Positions 10,601 to 18,500 of a stretch of 64,000 nt of DNA are shown one piece after another. The stretch lies in the NCBI GenBank assembly GCA_965203485.1, contig OZ241892.1, forward strand, positions 1,184,001-1,248,000. The letters are read 5' to 3'. Origin of the DNA: Longimicrobiales bacterium. GTDB lineage: Bacteria; Gemmatimonadota; Gemmatimonadetes; Longimicrobiales; Gaopeijiaceae. Position 1 is the first letter of the stretch. Each line of letters begins with the position of its first letter. A model generated the notes under the pieces. That model did not search any database and was not told the origin of the DNA. It worked only from the letters and a program-made list of their open reading frames with translations. A program made the position numbers and the translations under genes.

Positions 10601-13600
10601 GCCGGTGGCGGTGACGGGCGCGCCGCAGCTGGCGCTGGGCATCGGCGCTGCGACGAAGCAGGCGGGCTACGCGGGCGGGAGCGGGACGGCTGCGCTGGCG
10701 TTCCGGTACGTGGTCGTGTCCGCCGACGCGGACGCCGACGGGCTCAGCGTCGCGGCGGGCGCTTTGGCGCTGAACGGCGGGACGATCAAGGTGTCGGGCG
10801 GCACGGCGGACGCTTTGCTGGGCCTGGGCGCGCACGCGGTGGCGAACAGCGGGGGCCACAAGGTTGCGGGCGGGACGTTCACGGCGTCGTCGCCGAGCGC
10901 GGCGTCGGTGACGAGCGCGCCGGCGAGCGGCGACACGTACGGGTTGGGCGAGCGCATCGAGGTACGGGTGACGTTCGCTCGCCCGGTCGTCGTGACGGGC
11001 GCGCCGCAGCTGGCGCTGGGCATCGGCGCGGCGACGAAGCAGGCGGGCTACGCGGGCGGCAGCGGGACGCGCGCGCTGGTGTTCGGCTACGTGGTCGCGT
11101 CTGCGGACGCGGACGCCGACGGGATCAGCGTGGGCGCGAGCGCGCTGTCGTTGAACGGCGGCGCGATAGCCGACGCGCGCGACGGGTCGACGGCTGCCGG
11201 GCTGGGCCTGGGCTCGAGCGCGATTGCGAACGCTGGCGCGCACAAGGTGGACGGCAGCGTCGAGGGCGCGCCGGCGGTTGCGGGCGCTCGGCTGGCGAGC
11301 GCGCCGTCGGGCGGCGGGTCGTACGGACTGGGCGAGGAGATACGGGTGGCGGTGCGCTTCGACCGCGCGGTGGCGGTGACGGGCACGCCCGAGCTGGCGC
11401 TGGGCATCGGCGCCGCGACGCGGCAGGCGGGCTACGCGAGCGGGAGCGGCACGTCCGAGCTCGAGTTCGCGTACGTGGTTCAGGCGGCGGACGCCGACAG
11501 GGACGGGATCAGCGTTGGCGCGGGCGCGTTGTCGCTGAGCGGCGGGACGCTGGTGGTCGCGGGCGGCACGGCGGCGGCGGTTCTGTCGCTGGGGAGCCAC
11601 GCGATAGTGAACGCGAGCGGCCACGCCGTCGCCGGCACGCTCGAGGCGGCGCCGGTCGTGACGGGCGCGCGGCTGGTATCGTCGCCTGCGAACGGGAGCG
11701 CTTACGGGTTGAGCGAGCGGATCGCCGTCGCGCTGGCGTTCAGCCGTCCGGTCGACGTTGCGGGCGCGCCGCAGCTGGCGCTGGGCATCGGGAGCGCGAC
11801 GCGGCAGGCGGGCTACGCGAGCGGGAGCGGCACGGCCGAGCTGGTGTTCGGCTACGTCGTCGCGGGCGGCGACGCCGACGCCGACGGCGTGAGCGTCGCG
11901 GCGGGCGCGCTGGCCTTGAACGGCGGGACGATCGTGATCGCGGGCGGGCGCGTGGCGGCGGTGCTGTCGCTGGGCACGCACGCGCTGTCGAACGTCGCGG
12001 GCCACCTGGTGGACGGGAGCGTCGAGACGGCGCCTGCCGTGGCGGGCGTGACGCTGGCGAGCGCGCCGATCGGCGGCGGCCGCTACGAGCTGGGCGAGGA
12101 GATCCGCGTGCACGTGCGCTTCGACCGCGCCGTCGCCGTGACGGGCTCGCCGCAGCTGGCGCTGACGATCGGCGCGCAGACGCGCACGGCGCGCTTCGTG
12201 CGCGTCGTCGGCTACGGCGCCGCCGCGCGCGCGGGCTGGGCCGGCGTCGCGGCGGGCTATGCAGGCGCGCGCTGGGCCGGCGGGTCGGCGGGCGGCGCAG
12301 GCGGTTCCGCCGGCGCGTTGGGCGCGACGCAGGGCGCGGCGCTCGAGTTCGCGTACGCCGTTCAGGCGTCGGACGCCGACGCGGACGGGATCAGCGTGGG
12401 CGCGGGCGCGCTGTCGCTGAACGGCGGCGCGATCACGCTGCTGGGCGGCACGGCGGCGGCTGGACTGTCGCTGGGCGGCCACGCGCTGACGAACGTCGGC
12501 GGCCACTTGGTGGACGGCAGCGTCGTGTCGCCGCCTGCGGTCGCGGGCGTCGAGGCGAGCCGTCCGCCGTCGGGCGGCCGGTGGCGCGCCGGCCAGACGA
12601 TCGAGATCGCCGTCGTGTTCGACCGGCCGGTGAGCGTGACGGGCGGCCCGCGCTTGGCGCTGGCGATGGGCACGCGCACGGTGCACGCCGCGCTGGCGTC
12701 GGCGAGCGGGCGGCGCGTCGAGTTCGCGTACGAGGTGCGTCCTCACGACCGCGCGCCGAACGGGATCGCGCTGGCCGCCGGCGCGCTGGACGCGAGCGGC
12801 GCGGCGATCGTGTCGGCCGCCGACGGTTCGACGCCGGCCGCGCTGTCGCTGGGCAGCCATGCGTTCGCAAGCGATCCGACGCGCAGGGTCGAGGGCGGCG
12901 GCGGCGAGCCGGAGCCTGGGCGGCCGCCGAAGTTCTCGGCCGAGTCGTACGCGTTCGAGCTGGCCGAGAACGTCGCGGGCGCCGTCGTCGTGGGCGCCGT
13001 GAGCGCCGTGGACCCGGACGAGGGCGACGAGGTGCGCTACCGGCTGCGCGAGGGCGGCGGCGGGCTGTTCGAGGTGGACGAGACGAGCGGCGAGGTCAGC
13101 TACGTCGGCGCGGGCGAGGACTACGAGGCCGGCCCGCGCGAGCACGCGCTCGTCGTGTCGGCCGCCGACGTCGGCGGCCTGGCGTCGACCGTCCGCGTGA
13201 CGGTGAAGGTGACGAACGCGAACGAGGCGCCGGCGTTCGAGCGGGCGAGCTGGACGTTCGAGCTGGCCGAGAACGCGGCCGGGCCCATAGTGCTGGGCAC
13301 GGTCAGCGCGACCGACCCGGACGAGGGCGAGGCGCTGTCGTACAGCCTGGTCTCGGGCGGCGGCGGGCTGTTCGAGCTGGACGCTGCGAGCGGCGCCGTG
13401 CGCTACGTCGGCGCCGGCGAAGACTACGAGACGGGCCCGCGCGAGCACGCGCTGGCCGTCGCCGTCGCCGACGCGGGCGGGCTGCGCGCGGCGGCCGGCG
13501 TCGTGATAGCCGTCGCCGACGCCGACGAGGCGCCCGTGTTCGAGCGGGCGAGCTGGACGTTCGAGCTGGCCGAGAACGCGGCCGGGCCCGTCGTGCTGGG

Positions 13601-16220
13601 CACGGTGTCGGCGACCGACCCGGACGAGGGCGAGGCGCTGTCGTACGGCCTGGTCTCGGGCGGCGGCGGCCTGTTCGAGCTGGACGCTGCGACCGGCGAG
13701 GTCAGCTACGTGGGCGCCGGCGAGGACTACGAGACGGGCCCGCGCGAGCACGCGCTCGTCGTCGCCGCGACGGGCGCCGACGGCCTCGCCGCGCAGGCGG
13801 CCGTCGTCGTGACGGTCGCCGACGTGAACGAGGCGCCCGTGTTCGAGCAGGCGAGCTGGACGTTCGAGCTGGCCGAGAACGCGGCCGGCCCGCTCGCCGT
13901 CGGCGCCGTCGCCGCCGCCGACGAGGACGAGGGCGACGTGCTGTCGTACAGCCTCGTCTCGGGCGGCGGCGGCCTGTTCGAGCTCGACGCGTCGACCGGC
14001 GAGGTCAGCTACGTGGGCGCCGGCGAGGACTACGAGACGGGCCCGCGCGAGCACGCGCTCGTCGTCGCCGCGACGGACAGGGGCGGCTTGGCGGCGACGG
14101 CGAACGCGACCGTCGTCGTGACCGACGTCAACGAGGCGCCCGAAGCGACGGCGCAGATCGCCGTCCCGGCGCTCGACGCGCACGGCGCGTCCGTGCAGGA
14201 GACGCTGGACGCGTACTTCCGGGACCCGGACGGCGACGCGCTCGCGTACGCCGCCGAGTCGTCCGACACGGCGGTGGCGGCGGCGAGCGTGGCGGGCGGC
14301 GTGCTGACCATCCGGCCGTTCGCTATCGGCACGGCGAGCGTGACCGTGACGGCGACCGATCCCGGCGGGCTGGCCGCCGAGCAGACCGTCGCCGTCGTCG
14401 TCGAGGCGTCGCGCTCCGAGCGAGCGCGCGTGCTCGAGGGCGCGCTGGCCGCGTTCGGACGCTCGCTCGGCGCCGAGGCCGTCGACGTGATCGGCGGCCG
14501 GTTCGGGATCGAATCGGCGGGCGGACTCGGACGCTCGCACCTCCAGCTCGGAGGACGCGCCGTCGGTTGCGGCGGCGGCTTCGCGCAACGGGCGGAGGAC
14601 CCGGTTGGGGCCGCCGGGGCGGCGCAGGCGGGGGCGGGTGCCGAAACGGGCGCTCGAGCGTGCGGCTGGCAGGCGCTGGCGCGCGCCGCGTCCGGCCTGC
14701 TCGGCGTCCAAGTCGCGTTGCCGAGCGTCGGCGGCCTGGGCGGCGCGCAGGCCGCCGCCGCGCTCGACCCGGCCGCGTTGCTGTTCGGCGGCACTGGAGC
14801 AGGCGGATTCGGCGGCCCGGCAGGCGCCGCCGCCCCCGGACTCGGCGTTGCCGGCGACTACCGGGGCCAGCAGGAGCCGGCGGCGCCCGCGCCGGGCGGC
14901 GTGACGCTCAACCCGCTGTCGGGCGGCGACCTGCTCGAGCGCAGCTCGTTCCAGCTCTCGCTCGGCGGCGGCGCGGCCAGCGATCCGGCGGGCGCGTTCG
15001 GCGCGCAGGACGCCGCCGGCCTGCGTCCCGGCTGGACCGTCTGGGGCCGCGCCGGCATGGGCGGCTACGAGGGCCGCCCGGCCGACGGCCTGCGCTTCGG
15101 CGGCGGGCGCGCGCGCTCGGCGCACCTCGGCGCCGACTACCGCTTCGCGTCCGGCCTGCTCGTCGGCGTCGCCGGCGCGCGCAGCAGCTTCGAGACCGAG
15201 TTCGAGAGCGCCGTCAACGGCGCCGGCTCCGTCGCCGCGAGCCTGACCAGCGTGCATCCCTACGTGCACTGGTCGCCCACCGGCGGGCTCGGCCTCTGGG
15301 CCCTCGCAGGCGCCGGAACCGGCGACGCGACGCTCGACGAAACCGCCGGCGGCCGGTTCGGCGCCGACATCGCGATGCTGATGGGCGCGCTCGGCGCGCG
15401 CCGCGAGCTGGCCGGCGGCATCGCGCTCAAGGCCGACGCGTTCTCCGTGCGCGTCCGCTCCGACGACGCGGCCGACCTGGCAGGCGTGACCGCGCGCGCG
15501 CACCGCGTCCGGCTCGCGCCCGAAGTCGCGAAGACCTGGGCGCTCGGCGGCGAAGCGTCGCTGCGCACGCGGCTCGAGCTCGGCGCGCGCCTCGACGCCG
15601 GCGACGCCGAGACCGGCCTCGGCGCCGAGGCCGGCGGCGAAGCGTCGTTCGACCACGCGCCCACCGGCCTGTCCGTCGCGATGCGCGGGCGCGCGCTGCT
15701 CGCGCACCAGGCCGAGGGGCTGCGCGAATGGGGCGCCGGCGTCTCGCTCCGGCTCCAGCCCGGCGGCGACGCCGAGAACGGCCTGTCGCTCTCCGTCGAG
15801 CCGGCATGGGGCGCCGCCACCGGCGCCACCGGCGAACTCTGGCGCCAAGGCCCCGCCGCCATCGGCCCCGCCGCCCAGGCGGCGCACCCGGTTGCGCACC
15901 AGGCCGCGCCGTCCGGCTGGGCGCCCGGACGCATGGCCATGGAGCTCGGCTGGGGCGTCGCGCTCGACAACGGCGCCACGATCACGCCCTTCGGACGCTG
16001 GAGCCAGGACGCCGGCGCCGGCCAGCGCTTCAACGCCGGCGCGCGCTTCTCGCTGCTCGGCCCGTCCGTCCAGTCCGGCACGCGCGCCGCCACGGACGCC
16101 TCCTCGCCCGCCGCCGAGAGCCTGCGCTTCCTCCTCCACCTCTACGGCGAGCACGCCTCCTCGCCGCTCGAACCCCCGCAACGCCGCCTCGGCCTAGCAG
16201 GCGTCGTCCAGCTCAGGTAG
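4668..16220 (+). CDS. Giant surface adhesin-like protein (~3850 aa): signal peptide, 21 Ig-like repeats, 4 cadherin repeats, Ig-like domain, autotransporter-like beta-barrel C-terminus
   Basis: Signal peptide MPVARTALAALGLLAAFGTTAPVPLSA-Q. Repeated unit V(T)GTPQLAL.IG..TRQA.YASG.GT..L.F.Y.V...DADADG...HKV.G. Cadherin units (FELAEN...SATDPDEG...DYE...D.NE.P). C-terminal WTVWGR...LGADYR...HPYVHW beta-strand pattern. Confidence 0.9.
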   Translation: MPVARTALAALGLLAAFGTTAPVPLSAQSVDSLKIVSSAGSDNTYAAGDTIKIRAYFSAGVDFAQSDGAAVHMTIGTTTRHAQARTGTGTFAEGTPLPGYSNGFSWIEYWYLVQTSDMDADGISVTQMGPNDLDGGVSGLRINESLTGKTITNAAAHKVDGAQGLPQVTGVTISSSTGADSTYYAGDTIAVTVAFDSTVAVTGTPQLALWVGDSTRQANYASGTGSASLVFRYVVASSDMDADGISIGASALSLNSGTIRLGTKNAVLSLSGYTITNPAAHKVQGGTARRTVTGVALASTPVAADSTYGRAERIRVAVVFSGNVDVTGTPQLALTIGTQTRQASYASGTGTDTLVFEYAVVAADTDANGLSIGASALAAPSGATIRNAGTTVGATLSLGSHAVTNAGAHKVNGALIVPRISAVTFLSGAGTDSTYAAGDNINVRVQFDRPVVTPNFLGNMTLNLEIGDNVRAAGWYSKDADDVFFRYTVTRADADADGISIPANAFRNFATPITRVGGTERADLSLGVHAVANAAAHKVDGLQGVPVVAGAGLASVTGSDGTYGVGQRIEVWVKFSEAVDVTGTPQVALGIGAATRQAGYAGGTGTDSLTFRYVVQATDADADGLSIGASALGLNSGTINKAGASVAAELGLGSHAIANAGAHKVAGDRPVVTGVSLNEAPADSTFELSDVVVVTVEFNAAVTVAPTTGASRPRVRVGVGSGLKNAFYARGSGTTALEFEYTVFQADADADGISIGASALETPSGSTIRRMGTTTDAVLGLGAHAITNSAAHKVAGNTRTAPVVKGLRVTSSPVVGDTYLAGEAIEVEVAFVRGVYVAGTPRLALEVGDSTRQAEYNRRDATFTRVTFRYVVQATDADADGISVGAGALAASASDTIADGRLWSDAADLALGSHVFTNAGAHKVSGAVPYVTSVFFMSASNTGISYASTDSVFGLGDEIRVGVGFNAGVTVAGTPRLALGIGAQTRSAAQCDAVTSGNIVVFCYTVVAADADTTGISIGANALTLPGGATIRAAGAATDARLSLAQWSFADAVEYQVDGTKEVAPGVAGVAITSAPASDSTYGRTEAIEVEVEFERAVAVTGTPQLALGIDTLTRQAGYASGSGTRTLVFRYVVAAADADTSGISVGASALALNGGTIVLSGGTAAAALGLGSHAVANARSHKVDGSLGSPGVTGLSIGSPAVGDVFERGETIEVSVVFHRAVDVGGTPQLALGIGSATRQAEYASGTGTDTLVFGYVVAVGDADADGLSIAAGALTLNGGTIRLAGGTLDATLDLGSHAVANSAGHKVTGAFVASAVSGVTVSSAPASASTYELGESIEVKVAFTRDVAVTGTPRLALGIGTVTRQADYDSGSSSADTLVFGYAVRPADADADGLSIAAGALGLNGGTIDDARPGIGAASLDLGSNAIANAAAHKVNGGLGPPGVTGLAVAPPPAGAVFERGDTIVATVRFNKAVDVTGTPQLALGIGAQTRQAAYASGTGTAALVFRYVVATADVDLDGLSVGASALALNSGTIDVSGGTTDALLSLERHAFENFLVVNGGLFTASSVSGVSISSSPASDSTYGRTERIEVEVTFARAVAVTGTPQLALTIGDSTRQASYASGSGTKTLAFGYVVVAADADANGLSIGPAALALNGGAIDDARDASEAAGLGLGSHAISNALAHKVNGSLGPPGVTGVTLGSPPVGTTFERGDTIVATLAFNRAVAVTGAPQLALGIGSATKQAVYASGSGTSSLEFRYVVVTADVDADGLSVATTALGLNGGTVRLAGGTLDATLGLGTHAISNSAGHKVAGGTFTASGVTGVAVASSPASGATYGLGERIEVRVTFARAVAVTGTPQLALSFGAATRQADYAGGTGTPQLAFGYVVVAGDADSDGLSIGASALALNGGGIADGRDGSTAAALGLGSSAVTDAGGHRVDATRGPPGVMGVTIGSPQVGDTFERGDTVEVEVEFNKPVAVTGAPQLALGIGAATKQAGYAGGSGTAALAFRYVVVSADADADGLSVAAGALALNGGTIKVSGGTADALLGLGAHAVANSGGHKVAGGTFTASSPSAASVTSAPASGDTYGLGERIEVRVTFARPVVVTGAPQLALGIGAATKQAGYAGGSGTRALVFGYVVASADADADGISVGASALSLNGGAIADARDGSTAAGLGLGSSAIANAGAHKVDGSVEGAPAVAGARLASAPSGGGSYGLGEEIRVAVRFDRAVAVTGTPELALGIGAATRQAGYASGSGTSELEFAYVVQAADADRDGISVGAGALSLSGGTLVVAGGTAAAVLSLGSHAIVNASGHAVAGTLEAAPVVTGARLVSSPANGSAYGLSERIAVALAFSRPVDVAGAPQLALGIGSATRQAGYASGSGTAELVFGYVVAGGDADADGVSVAAGALALNGGTIVIAGGRVAAVLSLGTHALSNVAGHLVDGSVETAPAVAGVTLASAPIGGGRYELGEEIRVHVRFDRAVAVTGSPQLALTIGAQTRTARFVRVVGYGAAARAGWAGVAAGYAGARWAGGSAGGAGGSAGALGATQGAALEFAYAVQASDADADGISVGAGALSLNGGAITLLGGTAAAGLSLGGHALTNVGGHLVDGSVVSPPAVAGVEASRPPSGGRWRAGQTIEIAVVFDRPVSVTGGPRLALAMGTRTVHAALASASGRRVEFAYEVRPHDRAPNGIALAAGALDASGAAIVSAADGSTPAALSLGSHAFASDPTRRVEGGGGEPEPGRPPKFSAESYAFELAENVAGAVVVGAVSAVDPDEGDEVRYRLREGGGGLFEVDETSGEVSYVGAGEDYEAGPREHALVVSAADVGGLASTVRVTVKVTNANEAPAFERASWTFELAENAAGPIVLGTVSATDPDEGEALSYSLVSGGGGLFELDAASGAVRYVGAGEDYETGPREHALAVAVADAGGLRAAAGVVIAVADADEAPVFERASWTFELAENAAGPVVLGTVSATDPDEGEALSYGLVSGGGGLFELDAATGEVSYVGAGEDYETGPREHALVVAATGADGLAAQAAVVVTVADVNEAPVFEQASWTFELAENAAGPLAVGAVAAADEDEGDVLSYSLVSGGGGLFELDASTGEVSYVGAGEDYETGPREHALVVAATDRGGLAATANATVVVTDVNEAPEATAQIAVPALDAHGASVQETLDAYFRDPDGDALAYAAESSDTAVAAASVAGGVLTIRPFAIGTASVTVTATDPGGLAAEQTVAVVVEASRSERARVLEGALAAFGRSLGAEAVDVIGGRFGIESAGGLGRSHLQLGGRAVGCGGGFAQRAEDPVGAAGAAQAGAGAETGARACGWQALARAASGLLGVQVALPSVGGLGGAQAAAALDPAALLFGGTGAGGFGGPAGAAAPGLGVAGDYRGQQEPAAPAPGGVTLNPLSGGDLLERSSFQLSLGGGAASDPAGAFGAQDAAGLRPGWTVWGRAGMGGYEGRPADGLRFGGGRARSAHLGADYRFASGLLVGVAGARSSFETEFESAVNGAGSVAASLTSVHPYVHWSPTGGLGLWALAGAGTGDATLDETAGGRFGADIAMLMGALGARRELAGGIALKADAFSVRVRSDDAADLAGVTARAHRVRLAPEVAKTWALGGEASLRTRLELGARLDAGDAETGLGAEAGGEASFDHAPTGLSVAMRGRALLAHQAEGLREWGAGVSLRLQPGGDAENGLSLSVEPAWGAATGATGELWRQGPAAIGPAAQAAHPVAHQAAPSGWAPGRMAMELGWGVALDNGATITPFGRWSQDAGAGQRFNAGARFSLLGPSVQSGTRAATDASSPAAESLRFLLHLYGEHASSPLEPPQRRLGLAGVVQLR
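4752..12899 (+). repeat. 21 tandem ~125-130 aa Ig-like repeats (~380 bp units)
   Basis: Counted by hand from the translation. Most units end in HKV(D/N/A)G and carry a DxDxDG-like motif. Confidence 0.85.
12918..14129 (+). repeat. Four 303-bp cadherin-domain repeats
   Basis: The (a/g)acgaggcgcc boundary recurs at 13221, 13524, 13827 and 14130, an exact 303-bp period. Confidence 0.9.
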
Positions 16221-16238
16221 CCCCCCCCCCCCCCCCCC
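16221..16238 (+). repeat. C18 homopolymer immediately after the giant-gene stop codon
   Basis: TAG followed by 18 C; same length and same preceding AG as the tract at 4594-4611. Confidence 0.95.
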
Positions 16239-16245
16239 GGTACGA

Positions 16246-16797
16246 TCAGCCCGATTCGACGACGCTGTCGCTCGCTCGCCCGCTTCCTCCGCGCACTCGC
16301 TCGCCCGCGTCCCGTGGGGCCTCCTGATCGCCCCGCGCCGAGGCCATCACCTTCCAAACCACGTCGCGCACCAGCCTTTCGTCGATATCGGCGGCGCGAG
16401 CCATTTCGGCGGCGCGGCGGGCGACGGCCGCCTCCCGGGCCGGGTCGGTCACCGGGAGGCCTAAGCGGCGCTTGATGCGCCCAATCTTGCGGACCAACGC
16501 CCGTCGCCTGCTGATCGCGTCCACGATGTCTCGGTCGCATGCAAGAACCTCGTCGCGCAAGCGCTCGAGTTCGGCCTGCCCTTCGGAGGGTTCGTCCTCG
16601 CGCGCTCGCCCCGCGGACCGTGGCGTGGCCCGCTTTCCGCCCGTCTCGCCCCCGTCGTGGCGCGACGCAGAGCCTCGCGGTGCAGCACGTTCCCCGCTCG
16701 CCCCACGCTCGTTGGTGCGCGACTGGCCTCCCTCGCGACCCGTCGGCGCGACCGGCGCCCCGTCTCCTTCCGAGACCATGCCGTTCTCGTCAGGCAT
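16246..16797 (-). CDS. Chorismate mutase (AroQ/type II) with a disordered N-terminal extension
   Basis: LERLRDEVLACDRDIVDAISRRRALVRKIGRIK...PVTDPAREAAV matches the CM_2 pattern. The start overlaps the stop of the upstream symporter. Confidence 0.8.
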   Translation of the reverse strand: MPDENGMVSEGDGAPVAPTGREGGQSRTNERGASGERAAPRGSASRHDGGETGGKRATPRSAGRAREDEPSEGQAELERLRDEVLACDRDIVDAISRRRALVRKIGRIKRRLGLPVTDPAREAAVARRAAEMARAADIDERLVRDVVWKVMASARGDQEAPRDAGERVRGGSGRASDSVVESG

Positions 16798-18250
16798 CGA
16801 CGTACTCCGCCACATGCCCCGCGTCCTGTGCCTTGCCGGCGAGGCTGACCAGCACGAGCACGGGAAGGTGCACGGCCAGTCCCAGAATCCCTTCGTGGAT
16901 GTCGAGCGGCTTGAGATCCGGCTGCAGGAAGAAGAACACGGCGACCGCCGACCCGGCCACCAAGCCCGACGCGACGCCGGCCGTGGTCGCCCGTCTCCAG
17001 TACATGGCCGAGAGGACGGCGGGCATGAACTGGCAGACGATCCCGTACGACGCCAGAAGAAGGCTCACCAGCGAGTCGTTCTCCTGCAACGCCAGAACGT
17101 ACGCGAGCGCACCGGTGCCGACCACCAGCACGCGCATCAGCGCGCGCCGCGCCTTGTCCGACAGGTTCCGGAACGGCTGCACTCCGTCTTCGACCACGAC
17201 GGACGCTCCCGCGTGCAGCAGCGCGTCGCCGGTTGACATCGAGGCCGACAGCGCACCGGCGCAGAACAGTCCCACGACCAAAGCCGGGAGTTCCGTGCGC
17301 AGGACGAGGAAGGGAAGCACCATGTCCGGTTGCGGGGGCGACTCCGGGAAGAGCACGCCTGCGAATCCGATCAAGAACACGGGGATCAAGAAGAGCTGGA
17401 AGGTGGGGAACAGGACGACGGTGCGGCGGATCGTCCGATCGTCCCTCGCCGTGAACGCCTTCATGAACAGGTGCGGCAACATGGTGAAGCCGATTGCGCT
17501 CACCAGGATGGCGCTCGAGTATGCGCCCCACGTCCACGGACTTCCGTCGCCGTCGAGCCCCGGGAGCGACAGGAGTTCGGGGCGCGTCGCGAGGATCTGG
17601 TCGAACATCGCGCCCACGCCGCCGTAGAGCTTCGCGGGCAGGAAGAGGCCCAGCGTCCAAGCGATTGCCAGCATGAAGACGCCCTGGAAGGCGTTCGTCC
17701 AGCCGACCGCCGACACGCCGCTAGCCAGCACGTACGCCATCACAACCCCGTACGCGACCGCGCCCCCCGCCCAGAACGGGATGCGTCCGTCGGTCACGGT
17801 CTCGATCACGATGCCCGCGCCCCCGATCTGGATCGTCACGTACGGCACGAACGCCGCCAGCGTCAGCGCCGCCATGAGAGCCGAGAGACCGCGCGACGGG
17901 AAGCGCCCGGTCAGCAGCTGCGCCTGGGTGACGAAACCGAAACGCCGTCCCAGCGCCGCGGCCTTGGGCCCCACCGCGTACCACGGGGCCATCCCAAGCA
18001 CTCCGTAGGCGAGGATGTAGAACGCCGCCGCGCCCCGCGAGTACGCCCATCCCGGCCCGCCCAGGAATGCGAATGCCGAGAACACCGACGCGCCCGTGAC
18101 GAAGTACATCACCAGCAACCCGAAGTCCCGGTCGCCCGCCACGTATCCCTGCACGCTCTTCGACGCTCGGCGGCCGGCCGCCAGCCCCACGGCCAGCGTC
18201 GTGGCCAAGTAGCCGAAGACGACTAGAGTGATCAGGCCGAAGCTATCCAT
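16790..18250 (-). CDS. Sodium:solute symporter family protein
   Basis: About 13 TM helices; ASVFSAFAFLGGPGWAY and GALSASMSTGD motifs. Confidence 0.92.
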   Translation of the reverse strand: MDSFGLITLVVFGYLATTLAVGLAAGRRASKSVQGYVAGDRDFGLLVMYFVTGASVFSAFAFLGGPGWAYSRGAAAFYILAYGVLGMAPWYAVGPKAAALGRRFGFVTQAQLLTGRFPSRGLSALMAALTLAAFVPYVTIQIGGAGIVIETVTDGRIPFWAGGAVAYGVVMAYVLASGVSAVGWTNAFQGVFMLAIAWTLGLFLPAKLYGGVGAMFDQILATRPELLSLPGLDGDGSPWTWGAYSSAILVSAIGFTMLPHLFMKAFTARDDRTIRRTVVLFPTFQLFLIPVFLIGFAGVLFPESPPQPDMVLPFLVLRTELPALVVGLFCAGALSASMSTGDALLHAGASVVVEDGVQPFRNLSDKARRALMRVLVVGTGALAYVLALQENDSLVSLLLASYGIVCQFMPAVLSAMYWRRATTAGVASGLVAGSAVAVFFFLQPDLKPLDIHEGILGLAVHLPVLVLVSLAGKAQDAGHVAEYVDA

Positions 18251-18500
18251 TGGAAGAGCCGTGCCTGCCGCGCCCCCCCGCGCTCTCGGTTGCGCGATCC
18301 CGCCGGTTGCGGGCCGAGTCCATGCGCCACAACACGAACAGGCTGCCGACGAGCCACGCCGCAGTCCACGCCATTTGCCTCGGCAACCCCAGCACGAACG
18401 GCGCGGGAGCGTTCACAAGCATCTGCCCCGGCCATGTGACCGCGACGGCGAACAACAGATGGTAGGCCCACGCGACGCGGGTCCAGGTGCGATAGGGCAT
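18243..18500 (-). CDS. Small two-TM membrane protein (DUF3311-like symporter accessory)
   Basis: WP....N...PFVLGLP..MAW...W pattern, overlapping the start of the SSS gene. Confidence 0.75.
   Translation of the reverse strand: MPYRTWTRVAWAYHLLFAVAVTWPGQMLVNAPAPFVLGLPRQMAWTAAWLVGSLFVLWRMDSARNRRDRATESAGGRGRHGSSNG

Noticed and set aside
5085..16181. 3698-aa antisense ORF spanning the giant gene
   Set aside because: It is in codon register with the sense gene, so it stays open simply because TTA/CTA/TCA codons are unused at high GC. The translation is Arg/Ala-rich with no recognisable domains.
4668..16220. Diversity-generating retroelement acting on the adhesin
   Set aside because: No reverse transcriptase in the window and no repeat pair differing specifically at adenines was seen.
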